Notes under the pieces: generated by a model
The model's input: only the letters and a program-made list of their open reading frames with translations
Database searches by the model: none
Told to the model about the DNA's origin: nothing
Made by a program: the position numbers and the translations under genes
In this document: positions 50,550-62,231 of the stretch, piece after piece
Layout of the letters: each line of letters starts with the position of its first letter
Position numbering within the stretch: the first letter of the stretch is position 1
Assembly: GCA_002189035.1 (NCBI GenBank)
Contig: NEEC01000024.1
Span: 62,001-126,000 of the forward strand
Source of the DNA: Utricularia gibba
Lineage: Eukaryota > Plantae > Magnoliophyta
Direction of reading: 5' to 3'
DNA length: 64,000 nt

Positions 50550-52797
50550 ATGGGTAGGAGATCTAGTGAACTAAACATCCCCTCCCTTCGCATTCGGTAC
50601 TCGATCCCTGATGAGTACCAGCTTTCTCATGCTCGGGATACTGAAATCCCTTGGGGGGTAGGTGAGGACCCCCTGCCTCCGTTCAGTCTCCCAATTCCAC
50701 TTGCCTATTTCGAAAGCAGTTTATGCTTCCCTCTTCACCCTGTAATAGTCCGTTTTCTTTATACCTTTGCAATTCCGATTTACTGTCTCGCCCCGAATTC
50801 CATATTCTGCTTTACCACTTTCCTTTTCTATTCGGCCGGTATGGATCCGGCTATGACTCTGGTAGACTTCTGTCATCTCTTCAAGATAGCCGTTCGTAAA
50901 GCTAAGTCCCCGATGGATGGCCGATCTCACTTTCAATTCCGCCGATTCGAAGATAACCCTAACTTTGTTGTTAAAGCCCCCGATACCCACCATGATTGGT
51001 GGGTCTTCTTTCATTTGGATAGCTCCCCCTTTGGGTTCTCGGTGGAACTTCCCAGTCGATCCCCCAACTCCTTTCAGGATCAAGATCTTGGGTGCGTATC
51101 GGTCTTCTTCCGAATCTCACGAAGTCCTTTATGAGAGGCTTAGTCGGGGCTCATTTCGGTATGAGTCTCGTGCCTTGATGTTCTCGGGTGAGTCGTTGAA
51201 AAGATCAGGTATAATCGGTCGTTCCCGAGACCTCCATTGGTCCGATATCATTCCTTTCGACGGCACCGATTCGAGGAGCCTTCCTCTTAGCCCCTCTTCA
51301 TCCTTCCCTCTTGTTCCGGCTTCACCTCCGATTCCCCCACCTGTTCAAACTGGGGCTCCCAAGAAAAAGAAGAGGGTTAAGGCAGTTGCGCACAAACCCT
51401 CAAAGAGGCAAGGAGGTAGTCGGGTTCAGCTTTCCCGAGTCTCAGAATCGGCAATATGCTTTATTGCTTTTCCTTCTTTCGTTTTCAGCTGAAGAGATGG
51501 CTCGAGGAAGCTCTATGGAAGATTCGGTGATGGCGCGATTCTCTGCCGAGATGCAAAGGATGCAGGAACCCGAGGATCCCTCCCCTGCACAAGTCTATCT
51601 CCTATTTAACAGTTACCGCGAATTCCCGATTATAACCTTTTTTTCGGTTTTTCTTTCAGGCTGATATGATTGGAGCTCAGCTGGACGCCGCTGATCCTTC
51701 CTCGGGGGAAGATCAAGTAGTAGAAGTTCCTGAGATCCGGGAGTTGACTCCCCGTCCTTCAGCCGGGAAAGGGAAAGAAAAACTTCCTCCATCACCCGAT
51801 CTCAGCGATACTCCTATTCCTGATGCAAGATTCTTTTCGGCTGGTGCTTCAACATCGGCTCTTCCAATCGAGTTACAGAGGGATTCTGCCCTCATAGAAG
51901 TAAGGGACAACCCGGTGCTTCCTCTACCTTCAGTTCCAGCTGAACTAAGGGGAATCCTGGATGGAGCTATGTCTAGTACCTCGGGTGTTCAGCCGGAGAC
52001 GGTACTTGAAGGGATCTGGCAGGTACGTATCCCGTTTCCTCTTCTAAATTCTAAGTAGTCGGTCCTTGACTTGGGATATTCTTTCAGGCTCTGACTCTTG
52101 GGTGGGGAATGGTTAGAGAGATTGGCTCTCAATCGGAGGCAGTCTCTCGGCTTCAAGCCCAAGTTGTGGCTCAGAGCGCCCAGATAAAGCTGTTGGAGGA
52201 GGAGGGGAGTTCGCTGAAAACCGTTTTAGGGAAACGCAGCCGCCAAGAGGAAGAACTACGAAATGTGATTGAAGAATGGGAAAGGCGGTTGACGACGCTC
52301 AATCAAAGAGAGAGGGCTTCAAAGTCCGATTTGAAGAGGCAAAAGCGGAGTTAGAGCATGCCATGGGCCGCATTTCAGCATTGGAGGCCGAATTACTTGA
52401 TCGACAAGCATCTCGGCAGGGTCTTCTGGATGACTTTGTCAACTCGGCTTGTTTTGCCGAACTCTCCGATATCTATGCAGGAGATTTAATCAGCTTACTT
52501 CTATACCGTCAGAGACGACAATTCAGCCAGGAATTTAGGCTTTCAATCATGGATGCGTGCTTCGACAGGATAAATCCCTTGACGAAGGATGAGAATATGC
52601 TTGATGTTATCGCGAATACTTTCCAGGCCCCGGAGTTCGGGTTTGAAGCTGATCGGGAGCGACTGATTGTGCTAATTCGGGCAAGGATAGGGCGAGAGAA
52701 TGACGCCAAGCAAAGGGCAAGGATGGAACGGCATACTGGTTCCTCTGCCAATCCTCCCGATAATCCCCCATCCCTCCTGTACTTTAGTAATTTTTGA
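50550..52797 (+). pseudogene. Retand antisense extra gene: Transposase_28-like domain + low-complexity linker + coiled coil; four exons, two frameshifts
   Basis: LRIRYSIP...LCFPLHPVIVRFL...LAPNSI. Introns 51416-51488, 51593-51659 and 52023-52087 are all GT-AG and frame-preserving. Frameshifts near 51010 and 52270-52330. Confidence 0.8.
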
Positions 52798-53577
52798 CTT
52801 GATGTTTTCCCCCCTGCTGTGGGGCTTTTTGGATAATTTTGGTCTCCCGGTTCGGGGTTTCCTTCTAATTTACTCTGTTTTTTGCGCATCACTTTTGCCT
52901 TTGGTGACGTTCACATTTCGGGGGAAGCCCTGAGTTGGTTTGTTGTGTCTATTCTGTGCTTAGACTTGGAGATTCGCCTATGCTTTTGTGATTCGGGGTG
53001 GATGCCTCCTCGCCAACCCTTTGATTGGGCTTTTTGATTTTAGTTTGCCTTAGTATTTCCTCATGCGAGCTGAACCGCTGCTAGGGAAGTAGGTCGGAAC
53101 CCCTCATGGGTTGAGCGACTTCCCCAATCCGAAAAGGCCCTCTTCTGGCCATACCCCATTGTTTTGAACATGGGTGGATTTGCTTCGGGTGCTCTTGCCG
53201 CCTCGAGATTCCGACAATAAGGTCAATACTTAAGGGCTTTTCGGGGCTTACGTGTGCGGTTTACATAAACCGGTGCCCGAATCGTACCAGGGCTTATTCT
53301 TGCTATTTACGCCTGGGTTGGTGGATCGCATATATATATCGTGGGAGACCCCGAGTCAATTTGCTGTATCCTGCAGGGGACTCCGATTTAGGAGATTCGC
53401 TTGGGCTTACGTTACTTGGCCAGAGCTTTAGATCTTTGATGATCTGCCTGGGCTTACGCGATTCGGCCAGGACTTGTGTTTTGTTTTCCCATCTCCATTT
53501 CAGAGGAATTTATAGGTGCATGAGCGTTTTGGGGAAGAGAATGTTGAATCCTGTGACAGAGATTGATATTGAGTCGG

Positions 53578-54566
53578 TTAGGCGTAGAACTTCCTTAGAT
53601 GCGATGCATTCCACGACCTTGGGAGTTCCACGCCATCTAATTGTTCCAGGCGATATGCTCCTTTTCCGATCACCCTTGAAATACGATAAGGGCCTTCCCA
53701 GTTGCGGTCTAATTTCCCGACGTGTCTTTGTGGTTGGATGCTTCGGAGCACCAAATCTCCCTCGGAGAATTCCCTTGGGGATACCGAGTTGTTGTAACTC
53801 TTCTCCGTTCTTCTCTGATAAGCCCCTAGTCGGCTATAGATGCTTCGTCGCTTCTCTTCCAACAGCTCCAATTCCAGTTTTCGGAGTTCAGTATTCTCTT
53901 CTTCGTTATAATGCTCTACCCGGTAGCTCTTCAAGGTCAGTTCGATAGGGCATATGGCTTCTGAACCGTAAACCAATAAGAATGGGGACTCTTCCGTGGT
54001 GGTTCGAGGGGTAGTGCGATATGACCACAGTAACTCATCTAAGTGATCTGCCCATGATCCCCCAAAATCTTCGAGCTTAGTCTTCATACCTAGTCGGAGC
54101 GTTCGGTTCGTTACCTCTGTGAGGCCATTGCTTTGCGGGTGATATACCGAGGTGAAGTTGTGCTTGACCGAATACTTATCCAGGAATGCATCCATTTTTC
54201 CTCCGGCGAATTGAGTTCCATTATCAGTCACTAGCTCTCGAGGGATTTCGAACCGGATGAAGATGTTTTTCCACAGAAATCGGATAACAGTCTCCTCCGA
54301 GATAAATATTCAACACCCACGATGACGAATTTCCTTTGACCCGAGGTGTGGGGGAAAGGCCCCATTATATCCACCCCCATCGGTCGAAGTGGCAGGAGAG
54401 TGGGAGAGAGGTCAGTTTGCTTATTGGTTTTCTTGGTATACTTGCATGGTATTGGCACACTTTGCACTTCACCATATTGGTAATATCCTGCTTCATAGTT
54501 GGCTAGTAGTACCCGGTTCATAGAACTTTCCGGCATAAGGATCGTGTTCCAATATGGCTGCCGCAT
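53578..54566 (-). pseudogene. Retand integrase, frameshifted
   Basis: MGVDIMGPFP, TDNGTQF, SVYHPQSNGLTEVTNR, LLWSYRTTPRTTTEESPFLLVYG, GKLDRNWEGPYRI. Confidence 0.92.
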
Positions 54567-55660
54567 TCACCCTCATGTAGATCGGTTATGAGTTCTTGAG
54601 AATGCTTTGCCCCGATGCACCTCAATAAGGGTCCATCTAAGGATTTGCGATAGAGAATTCCATTCACCAACGTATACCTCTTCACTCTAGTCTCTAACTG
54701 TCGGGCTTTCGGCTTATCAGATGGGGTTCTCCCATTTTGTAAATACCGGATGTAGGGCATCGTCCAGTCATCAAGGGGACTCAGTTGTGAAGAGATATTG
54801 TTTCCCGGTTGCTGGGTGATATGATTCACGGCTCGTAGGCTCTCCGAAGGTTGGTCCCACAACCGAATTGTCACACTTCCTTCTCTTAACTCATGAAACC
54901 CTGCTGCGAATCGGGCGAGGCTATCCGCGGACCCGTTTTTCTCACGTGCTATGTGCGACAGGGTGAACTCCTTGAAGGTTTTAGCCAATTCCTTCACCTA
55001 GACACGGTATAGAGCCATGAGGGAGTCATGGGTTGCGTATTCTCCCGAAAACTGCCCTTGCACAAGCCGCGAGTCGGTGTAAACGTTGAGTTCTGCCACT
55101 CCCAGCTCCTTGGCGATTTTCATTCCCTCGATTAGGGCTTCATATTCGGCCACATTATTGGAGGCAGGGAATAAGAATTTCACCGTAATATAAATATGCT
55201 CTCCTTCTCAGGTTCTAATGTCTATCCCTCCTCCGGCGCCATTGTATGTTGAGCCATCCACGTACATAGCCCATCGGTCATTGGCTTCCATGAAACTGTC
55301 TATAGGCCTGGTCATTTCGACCACAAAATCAGCAAGAGGTTGGGCCTTGATTGCTGTTCTCGACTTAAACTCAATATCCATTGTACTTAATTCAACTGCC
55401 CATTTGGCAACCCTTCCGGAAATCTCTAGACGAGATAGGATGTTCTTCAGAGGCTGATTGGTGAATACCACAATGTGCCGATCTTGGAAATATGACCTCA
55501 ATTTGGTGGCTGCCATCTTCAGAGCCAAGATGAATTTTTCTGTCACCATATAGCGAGTTTCAGCTGGTAACAAAACTTTGCTTACATAATACACCGGCAA
55601 GTGATTATCTGCCGAGATGGTTGTCAAGACTGCGTTGACTGCAATGGCGATATAGATAGA
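54518..55660 (-). pseudogene. RNase H-like domain followed by additional archaeal-type RNase H
   Basis: LPVYYVSKVLLPAETRY, AIKAQPLADFVVE, WAMYVDGS, ASNNVAEYEALIEG, YTDSRLV, HIAREKNGSADSLA. Confidence 0.9.
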
Positions 55661-55821
55661 TATAGTCCTAAGGGGGTTCCATTGGTTCCATTGCTTGCCT
55701 AGGGGGTTCCTTTTCTACCATCATCACTCGACTTTTTCGTGCAGGGGTCCCGACAAGAAGATACGTAATAGGACCAGGCGGTTGGTTGGTCGATACCCAT
55801 TGTGCAAATGCCCTTCGACGT

Positions 55822-56573
55822 TCAGAATTTGATTCTCAAATGCACAGTGGAGGGTAACATACCGAATTGGTTGATGCCGGGTCGCCTGAGGATGATGTTG
55901 TACGAGATCTCTGAATCCAGGATCAAGAATTCCAACCTCTCGGTTCGGCTCCGCCCTGCTGCTCCGAATGTTACGCGCAGGGTTATTTTCCCGATATTTT
56001 GCACGGCCTGCTAGTCAAATGCGTACAACTCCATGCGCACATGGCGAATATTTCCCTCGTTAGATGACGCCAGTAACTCGGCCACTTCCTTCTTCATGAT
56101 GTTGCACGAGGATCCTTGATCGATAAAAATCCTCCTTACCTTGGTGCTCCCACATATTCTTGACACCACCAAAGGCTCATCTCTCATTGCTGGGCTGGCC
56201 GTGAGAAGCTGATCTCTTCCTTTTCCCAAGCAGCTTTCTCAGTCGGACCATTTCCGATTTCGAAAACTACTCCTCTTCTGGCTTCATCCAAATATCTCTT
56301 CCGTTCCTTTCCGGACACATCCATCTCGGTTGCTCCGGATATCATATGGATTTCTCGAATATAGGGGGGACTACCCTGCATTTGATGGGCACTACGTGAA
56401 CTTTCCGGTAGGTCTTGTCCTCCTCCAAGATTCGGTTCCCTGTTGGCTCGCAAGTTCGCCATCCCCGGTTTCGGAGGGAATTTCGGATATCGGTTCCCTT
56501 CGTTCCCCATTCGCTCGTTACGTCCTCTTTTCCGGTCCGTCATTGATGTGGGGTTCCGCATCGCGTTGTTCAT
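55822..56573 (-). pseudogene. Gag-pol linker and aspartic protease, frameshifted
   Basis: EIHMISG, DEPLVVS, VRRIFIDQGSSCNIM, YNIILRRPGIN, STVHLRIKF. Confidence 0.85.
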
Positions 56574-56926
56574 CCTTGCTCGATCATCCTCTTCATCAGT
56601 CGGCAGTGGGCAGTACCATGCCCGGTGGTCTTGTGTATTTCGTAGTAGGCATCTGTTCTGGTTGGTTCCACCTGATATACTTCACGACACTTATTCGGCC
56701 TGGGTCCCCGGTTAAGTTGGGTCTCCTGCTATGGGACTGGACGAATCTCCACGCGGCTTTTCATCTCGGCCCTGAGGTCGTCGTCCACTCGGATGTACTT
56801 CATGATTTTCCTTTGCAATTCTCGGAGATTCTTTGGTGGGAAATTCGATAGACTCTATCCCAATTTCGACGTTCCTAAGGCCCGCTTCATTATTTCCACC
56901 CTTTCTTTTAAATCCAATTGGACATC

Positions 56927-57777
56927 CTACGCCAAGCAGTTGAATCGATCGATGAATCTTCGCAAGCTCTCTTTTCGGTGGTCGTACCGAATAGAGTATA
57001 GTGATGCCTTCGAAGGCGGAGCTTCAATGTTAACAGCGTATCGGGTAGTGAAGAGCAGTACTAATTCCCGATAAGATGCCACGCTGCATGGTTCTAAATG
57101 TTTAAACCAAGTCTTCGCTCCTTTCTGGAGCGAGCAAGCAAACAGCTTACACTTCATGGCCTCTGAATGTCGAACCGTGGACATCCTCATATCGAAGTCG
57201 GTTACATGCGATATGGGGTCCCCTTTTCCGTCATACGTGGGTAATCCGTCTGGGACTCTGAATCCTCTCTCGGGCTCTTCTCCGACTAAAACGTCCGAGA
57301 AAGGGTCAAAACGCAGCGTTGTGGTTCCAGCCGCTCCCTCAACTCCACTCTTTAAGGCCAAAGCAATATCGGCCAAAACATCTCCTCTCCCAATGGATAT
57401 GTTCTGAACAAAAACGTCCCTGAAGCCTCTATCCTCTCTTCTCCCTGCCAACATCCGCTTGTCGATAAATCTTTTCCTCTCGCGGATTTGGTCTAACTCT
57501 CTCTTCAACTCTTCTTCTCTTTCTTCCAAGATTTTACTAGTCATGTTTTCCCTATCAGCACCTGGCTCATACACGACTTGGTTGCGCCTCTTTCTCCATA
57601 GCATCTCCTCATCGGTTTCGGATTTAGTCTCCGTATCTGGGGGTACTCTGGAATAAGAGGTTTCTTCGCCGTTCGTGGTGCAGTTTCGGGTGTTCTCTCC
57701 TGGGCGTTGGAGTTGAGACCCGAAGGTGCCCGGAGGTCGGTAAGGATTTCCGTTAGCAGGGCCTTCAGTTGCTCCCT
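56927..57777 (-). pseudogene. Retand gag
   Basis: PTYDGKGDPISHV, KCKLFACSLQKGAKTWF, ESLRRFIDRF. Confidence 0.88.
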
Positions 57778-57894
57778 GCTAGTGATCATAAGGCCGGGTC
57801 TCGCGTGTCGACACTTCCGTCATGAGCCGGGTGGGTGGCTGTGCTATTTTCCGAGTGGCTCTTGTGGGTTTCTCGAATGGGACTGTGGAACATA

Positions 57895-57912
57895 GCCCCA
57901 CGGTGGGCGTCA
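57895..57912 (-). promoter_or_regulatory. Primer-binding site (tRNA-Lys CUU)
   Basis: The plus strand reads GCCCCACGGTGGGCGTCA; the plant tRNA-Lys(CUU) 3' end is GCCCCACGGTGGGCGCCA (17/18). Confidence 0.85.
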
Positions 57913-57916
57913 AATA

Positions 57917-58447
57917 TGTTATGGGTGAAATCGGTATCCGTTGGGTGGACGGTTTCAAGTGATAGGCGCGGTCGGGAATGCCATGCTTGGTCACGTTCTT
58001 CACGGTTGGTGTGATTAAAATAAGAATGAGCAAGGATCTTTTACGCGGAAACCGCTGGAAAGCGGAAAAACCATGGAGCTGCCGGAGCTCGCCGGAAAAG
58101 AGTTTCACTAGATGGAGATTGCTAAGAGGAGAATACAAATTGAAGAAATCTTTTTTTTTTGTCCCCCTCCTTCTTGTCATAATTCCGTCTATTTATAGGA
58201 GAGCTCACTCTGACCAAATTTTGGTGTCTGCAAATATCGGTTGCTTTCTGCTCCTGCTATACGATCTCGCTTTTCAGATATCGGCCGCCTGTTATACCTT
58301 AATTCGGCCGCTTTTCAGACTGTGTCATATGGCCATACCTGTCAGATTTCTGAGAGACGTCGATTTGTCGTCTGGCGTTATCCCCTCGGGATCTCTTTTG
58401 GCAGCCTTTCAGGAACCGATTACCCTTGGCCGATTTTTCCCTTATCA
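57917..58447 (-). repeat. Retand 5' LTR, 531 bp, TG...CA
   Basis: Termini TGATAAGGG...CCCATAACA on the minus strand, adjacent to the PBS. Confidence 0.93.
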
Positions 58448-58482
58448 TTGTATTTTTATTTTCATCATTTTAATTAGCATTT
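58448..58482 (+). repeat. Short fragment of the 0.9-kb unit
   Basis: TGTATTTTTATTTTCATCATTTTAATTAGCATT matches TGTATTTTTACTTTCATCATTTTAATTATCATT at 25731 (31/33). Confidence 0.75.
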
Positions 58483-58489
58483 TAAAAAT

Positions 58490-59362
58490 GAGCACAGCCA
58501 GCAAGGAAATAACGCTAAGTCACAAAAAGGAAAATAAGGCAGCAAGCCTCGCCACTCCTCATCCACCTCTGCTGCACCCGCCTCGCCATCAGCCACGCCA
58601 CCTACATAGGAAAGAGTAAGGGAAGTCAGTCCTATGTCACACGGCTCCCTCCCTAGGCCTAGACTACTCATATTCACGAAGTTTCCCCTCCACACGAAGC
58701 ATCACTTCTGCTCACACACGCTGCCCCTACGAGGCATCTCCGTAACTTCTCGTATCAGCTCGCTGCCCATCCTAGGCATCTCCGATGTTCTCGTAATCGA
58801 TCCAAACACCTTCCCATACGGAATCCCAGACGTTTGGCACTTCTCCTACTGAGCACAAGTGCTCGGTGTTGCCGTCATGACCGTAGTTCGATGGCACCGC
58901 TTATTGCTCGCATGGACTCACGATCCGCGGCTTCGCCGCGTTGCCATTGGGGTGCACTCCCCAATCCCGCCGTAGCTCACAACCCCTCGATCAAATAGCG
59001 AGGTGCCTCAATCACCCAGCGAGGACTTTCAAGAAACTGGAAACATATCTCCACACACGAAGTTAGCTTCCACCACTCTGTCCCGCAGCACAATTCAACC
59101 ATAAAGCCCTTACCTTTGCGCGATTTCTGTCCTCCTCCCGCGGTTACCGTCTCTCTTAGTTAGTTCTCCTCAACCCAGGGCTCTAGTTCCTCTACTTATA
59201 CTCGCAGCTGCCCCTTATCGGGTCTACCCTAAGTCCGTCGGGCCTACTCGAACCCCTAAGGGCTGTTTCGCAAGCACCCTCACCTTGTTAAGGTCAGTCT
59301 CCTGACCCTCGCTGTGACCACATCCAAGCTGTTGTCCTGAGGCCTGGGTCGGGGGTGTTACA
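58490..59362 (-). repeat. Tekay 3' LTR, truncated at its distal end
   Basis: TGTAACACCCCC start after the PPT. The expected terminus (seen at 63897-64000) is not reached. Confidence 0.85.
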
Positions 59363-59376
59363 TTCCCCCTCCCCTT
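59363..59376 (-). promoter_or_regulatory. Polypurine tract
   Basis: AAGGGGAGGGGGAA directly before TGTAACA. Confidence 0.92.
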
Positions 59377-61063
59377 AAGACGCTTCGTCCCGAAGCGGCA
59401 TGCAGAAGAGCTCGGGAAATTCCTTCCGTACCAGCTCCTCGGGTTCCCATGTTGCATCGTCTTGGCTCCTGCTCGCCCACTGTATTTTCACCCATGGTGT
59501 TGCCTTATTCTCCGTCGTAGTCACCTTGCGTCCAAGTATGCGCACTGGCTGCGCTTGGTTTCTCAGGTTATCCCGTAACACAAATTGATCCGGCTGTATC
59601 AGCCTCTCGGGTTCGACTAGTGCCTTCCTCAGCTGGGACACATGAAACACATCGTGCATGCTCTTCATTTCGGTGGGCAGTTTCAGTCGATACGCCACCT
59701 CTCCTATCTTCTGCAGTATCTCATAAGGTCCCACGTACCTGGGTCCTAGTCTCCCATGTTTGGTCCCGCGGGTGGCGCCCTTCCATGGCGACTCCCGTAG
59801 GTACACCATGTCGCCCACCGCAAAGTCCAGTGGCTTTCTACACACGTCTGCCCAGCTTTTCTGCCTATCTTGGGCTACCTTTAGTCTCTCCCTAATGGTT
59901 CTTACTGACTCTTCTGCTTGCTGCACTAATTCGGGTCCTAGCATCTTCTTTTCTCCAACCTCGTCCCAATGGAGGGCCGTCCGGCCCCTCTGCCCATATA
60001 ATGCCTCGTATGGTGCCATTCCAAGGCTTGCTTGATGGCTGTTGTTATACGCAAACTCTGCCAGGTGGGTATGTTCATCCCATCTAACACGAAACTCCAG
60101 CGCACACGCCCGCAACAGATCCTCCAAAGTCTTGATGGTGCGCTCGGACTGCCCGTCCGTTTGCGGGTGCATCGTTGAGCTCATCAGCAGCTTCGTTCCC
60201 AGCGCTTCTTGGAGTGCCTTCCAAAATCGAGCGGTGAACCGGGCATCTCTGTCGGACACAATGGTAACCGGCACCCCGTGATGCCTTACTATCTCGCGCA
60301 AATATATCTTGGCCAATATGGAGTTGTCCCACGCTGTTTGGATGGGCAGGAAATGGGTGTTCTTGGTAAGACGGTCCACCACCACCCATATCGCATCCAG
60401 CCCTTCACGGGTTCTTGGCAAATGGGTTACGAAATCCATGGTGACATGCTCCCACTTCCACTCAGGGATGTCTAGGGGCTGGAGCATACTGCTGAGCCGC
60501 TGGTGTTCGATTTTCACGCGTTGACAGACCTGGCATTCTCCAACGTAACGCGCGATGTCCCTCTTCATGCCTTGCCACCAGAAATCTTGTCGTAGGTCCC
60601 TGTACATTTTCGTGCTTCCCGGATGGATACTGAGCTGAGAGGCGTGAGCCTCTCTGAGAATGTCCTGTCGCAATTCCTGTACAGCAGGCACCCACACACG
60701 GCCTTGGTAAACAATGAGACCATCTCCGGGTACCTCGAATTGATCCTCACCCCGAGATGCCTTCCCTACGAGTGCGTCCCAAGATTGGTCCATCCTTTGC
60801 GCTTGGTTTATCCTCGGCAGCAGGCCAGAGTCGATCCGAAGGGTGGCAATTCTCCCTTCCAATTCCTTGAGTTGCTCGACTAGTCCCTCGTGGTCTTTCC
60901 TTGCGTGTACCCGACTAAGACCATCCGCCACGACATTTGCCTTACTTGGGTGATATAGGACCTCCACTTCATAGTCCTTGATCAGCTCCAACCATCTTTG
61001 TTGTCTCAGATTGAGTTCCTTCTGCGTGAAGATGTACTTCAAACTTTGGTGGTCCGTGTACAA
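59375..61063 (-). CDS. RNase H end + integrase + chromodomain-like C-terminus (open 562-aa segment of a broken pol)
   Basis: [20 protein letters not shown]...[41 protein letters not shown]...VKIQW...DATWEPEE. Confidence 0.93.
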   Translation of the reverse strand: MYTDHQSLKYIFTQKELNLRQQRWLELIKDYEVEVLYHPSKANVVADGLSRVHARKDHEGLVEQLKELEGRIATLRIDSGLLPRINQAQRMDQSWDALVGKASRGEDQFEVPGDGLIVYQGRVWVPAVQELRQDILREAHASQLSIHPGSTKMYRDLRQDFWWQGMKRDIARYVGECQVCQRVKIEHQRLSSMLQPLDIPEWKWEHVTMDFVTHLPRTREGLDAIWVVVDRLTKNTHFLPIQTAWDNSILAKIYLREIVRHHGVPVTIVSDRDARFTARFWKALQEALGTKLLMSSTMHPQTDGQSERTIKTLEDLLRACALEFRVRWDEHTHLAEFAYNNSHQASLGMAPYEALYGQRGRTALHWDEVGEKKMLGPELVQQAEESVRTIRERLKVAQDRQKSWADVCRKPLDFAVGDMVYLRESPWKGATRGTKHGRLGPRYVGPYEILQKIGEVAYRLKLPTEMKSMHDVFHVSQLRKALVEPERLIQPDQFVLRDNLRNQAQPVRILGRKVTTTENKATPWVKIQWASRSQDDATWEPEELVRKEFPELFCMPLRDEAS

Positions 61064-62231
61064 CTCGCACTGGCTTACATACAGATAATGTCTCTATAGT
61101 TTTAGCACAAACACCACGGCTGCTAGTTCCAGGTCGTGCACCGTGTAGTTCTTTTCATGTGTCTTGAGCTGGCGAGACGCATAGGCTATTACTTTCCCTT
61201 CTTGCATCAGCACACACCCCAGTCCCGCCCCTGATGCATCTGTGTAGACCGAGTAGCCTACCCCTATGCGGGGTAAGGCCAACACTGGTGCCGAGGTCAG
61301 CCTCTCCTTAAGCTTCAGGAAACTTTGTTCACATGCTTCATCCCAACGAAAGGCAGCCTCCTTGCGTGTCAATTGAGTCATGGGGCGTGCCAATTCCGCA
61401 AACCCATTGATAAACCGTCTATAGTATCCTGCTAAGCCAAGGAAACTCTTGACCTCTGTGGGGTTCTTGGGCGTCGGCCACTCCACCACAGCTTCGATCT
61501 TCTTTGGGTCTACTTCCACTCCTGCTCCACTGATAACATTCCCAAGGAACGCTATACTTTTGAGGAAGAATTCACACTTACTCTTCTTGGCGAACAGCCT
61601 TTTCTCGCGTAACACCTCCAGGGTCCGTCGTAGGTGCTGCACATGTGAGGCTCCGTCTGGGGAATACACCAGGATATCGTCGATGAACACCACCACGAAC
61701 TGATCAAGATAGGGCTGGAAGACCCTGTTCATCAGATCCATAAAGGCGGCGGGGGCATTGGTGAGGCCGAATGGCATCACCACGAACTCATGATGTCCAT
61801 ATCTGGTCCGAAACGCTATCTTCGGGATGTCGCTGTCCTTGATCTTCAATTGATGGTACCTAGACCACAAATCAATTTTGGAGAATATAGATGCCCCTTG
61901 TAGTTGGTCGAACAGGTCCTCAATTCGAGGTAGGGGTAACGGTTCCTCACTGTTACCCTATTCAGCGATCGATAGTCCACGCACAGCCTCATTGTGCCGT
62001 CTTTCTTCTTCACAAATAGTACGGGGGCTCCCAGGGTGACACACTCGGCCTGATGAACCCTTTCTCTAGGAGGTTTTCTAGTTGTACCTTTAGTTCTTTC
62101 ATTTCCGAGGGCGACATCCGATATGGTGCCTTGGTGATAGGCTCCGTCCCTTCCAGCAACCTGATCTCTAACTCTATTTCTCTATCCGGCATGTGTCCGG
62201 GAAGTTCTTCAGGAAACACGTCACTGAACTC
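61064..62231 (-). pseudogene. Reverse transcriptase / RNase H, frameshifted
   Basis: [67 protein letters not shown]. Confidence 0.93.

Larger units (their letters stand above)
49661..58447 (-). mobile_element. Tat/Retand-lineage LTR retrotransposon, RT deleted, with 3' antisense gene
   Basis: Two LTRs, Lys-tRNA PBS, gag, PR, RH, additional archaeal-type RNase H, INT, long 3' region with an antisense gene, PPT. Confidence 0.92.

Noticed and set aside
57895-57912. tRNA-like sequence (also at 30250, 37074, 63883)
   Set aside because: Only 12-18 nt matching tRNA 3' ends next to LTR termini: primer-binding sites, not tRNA genes.
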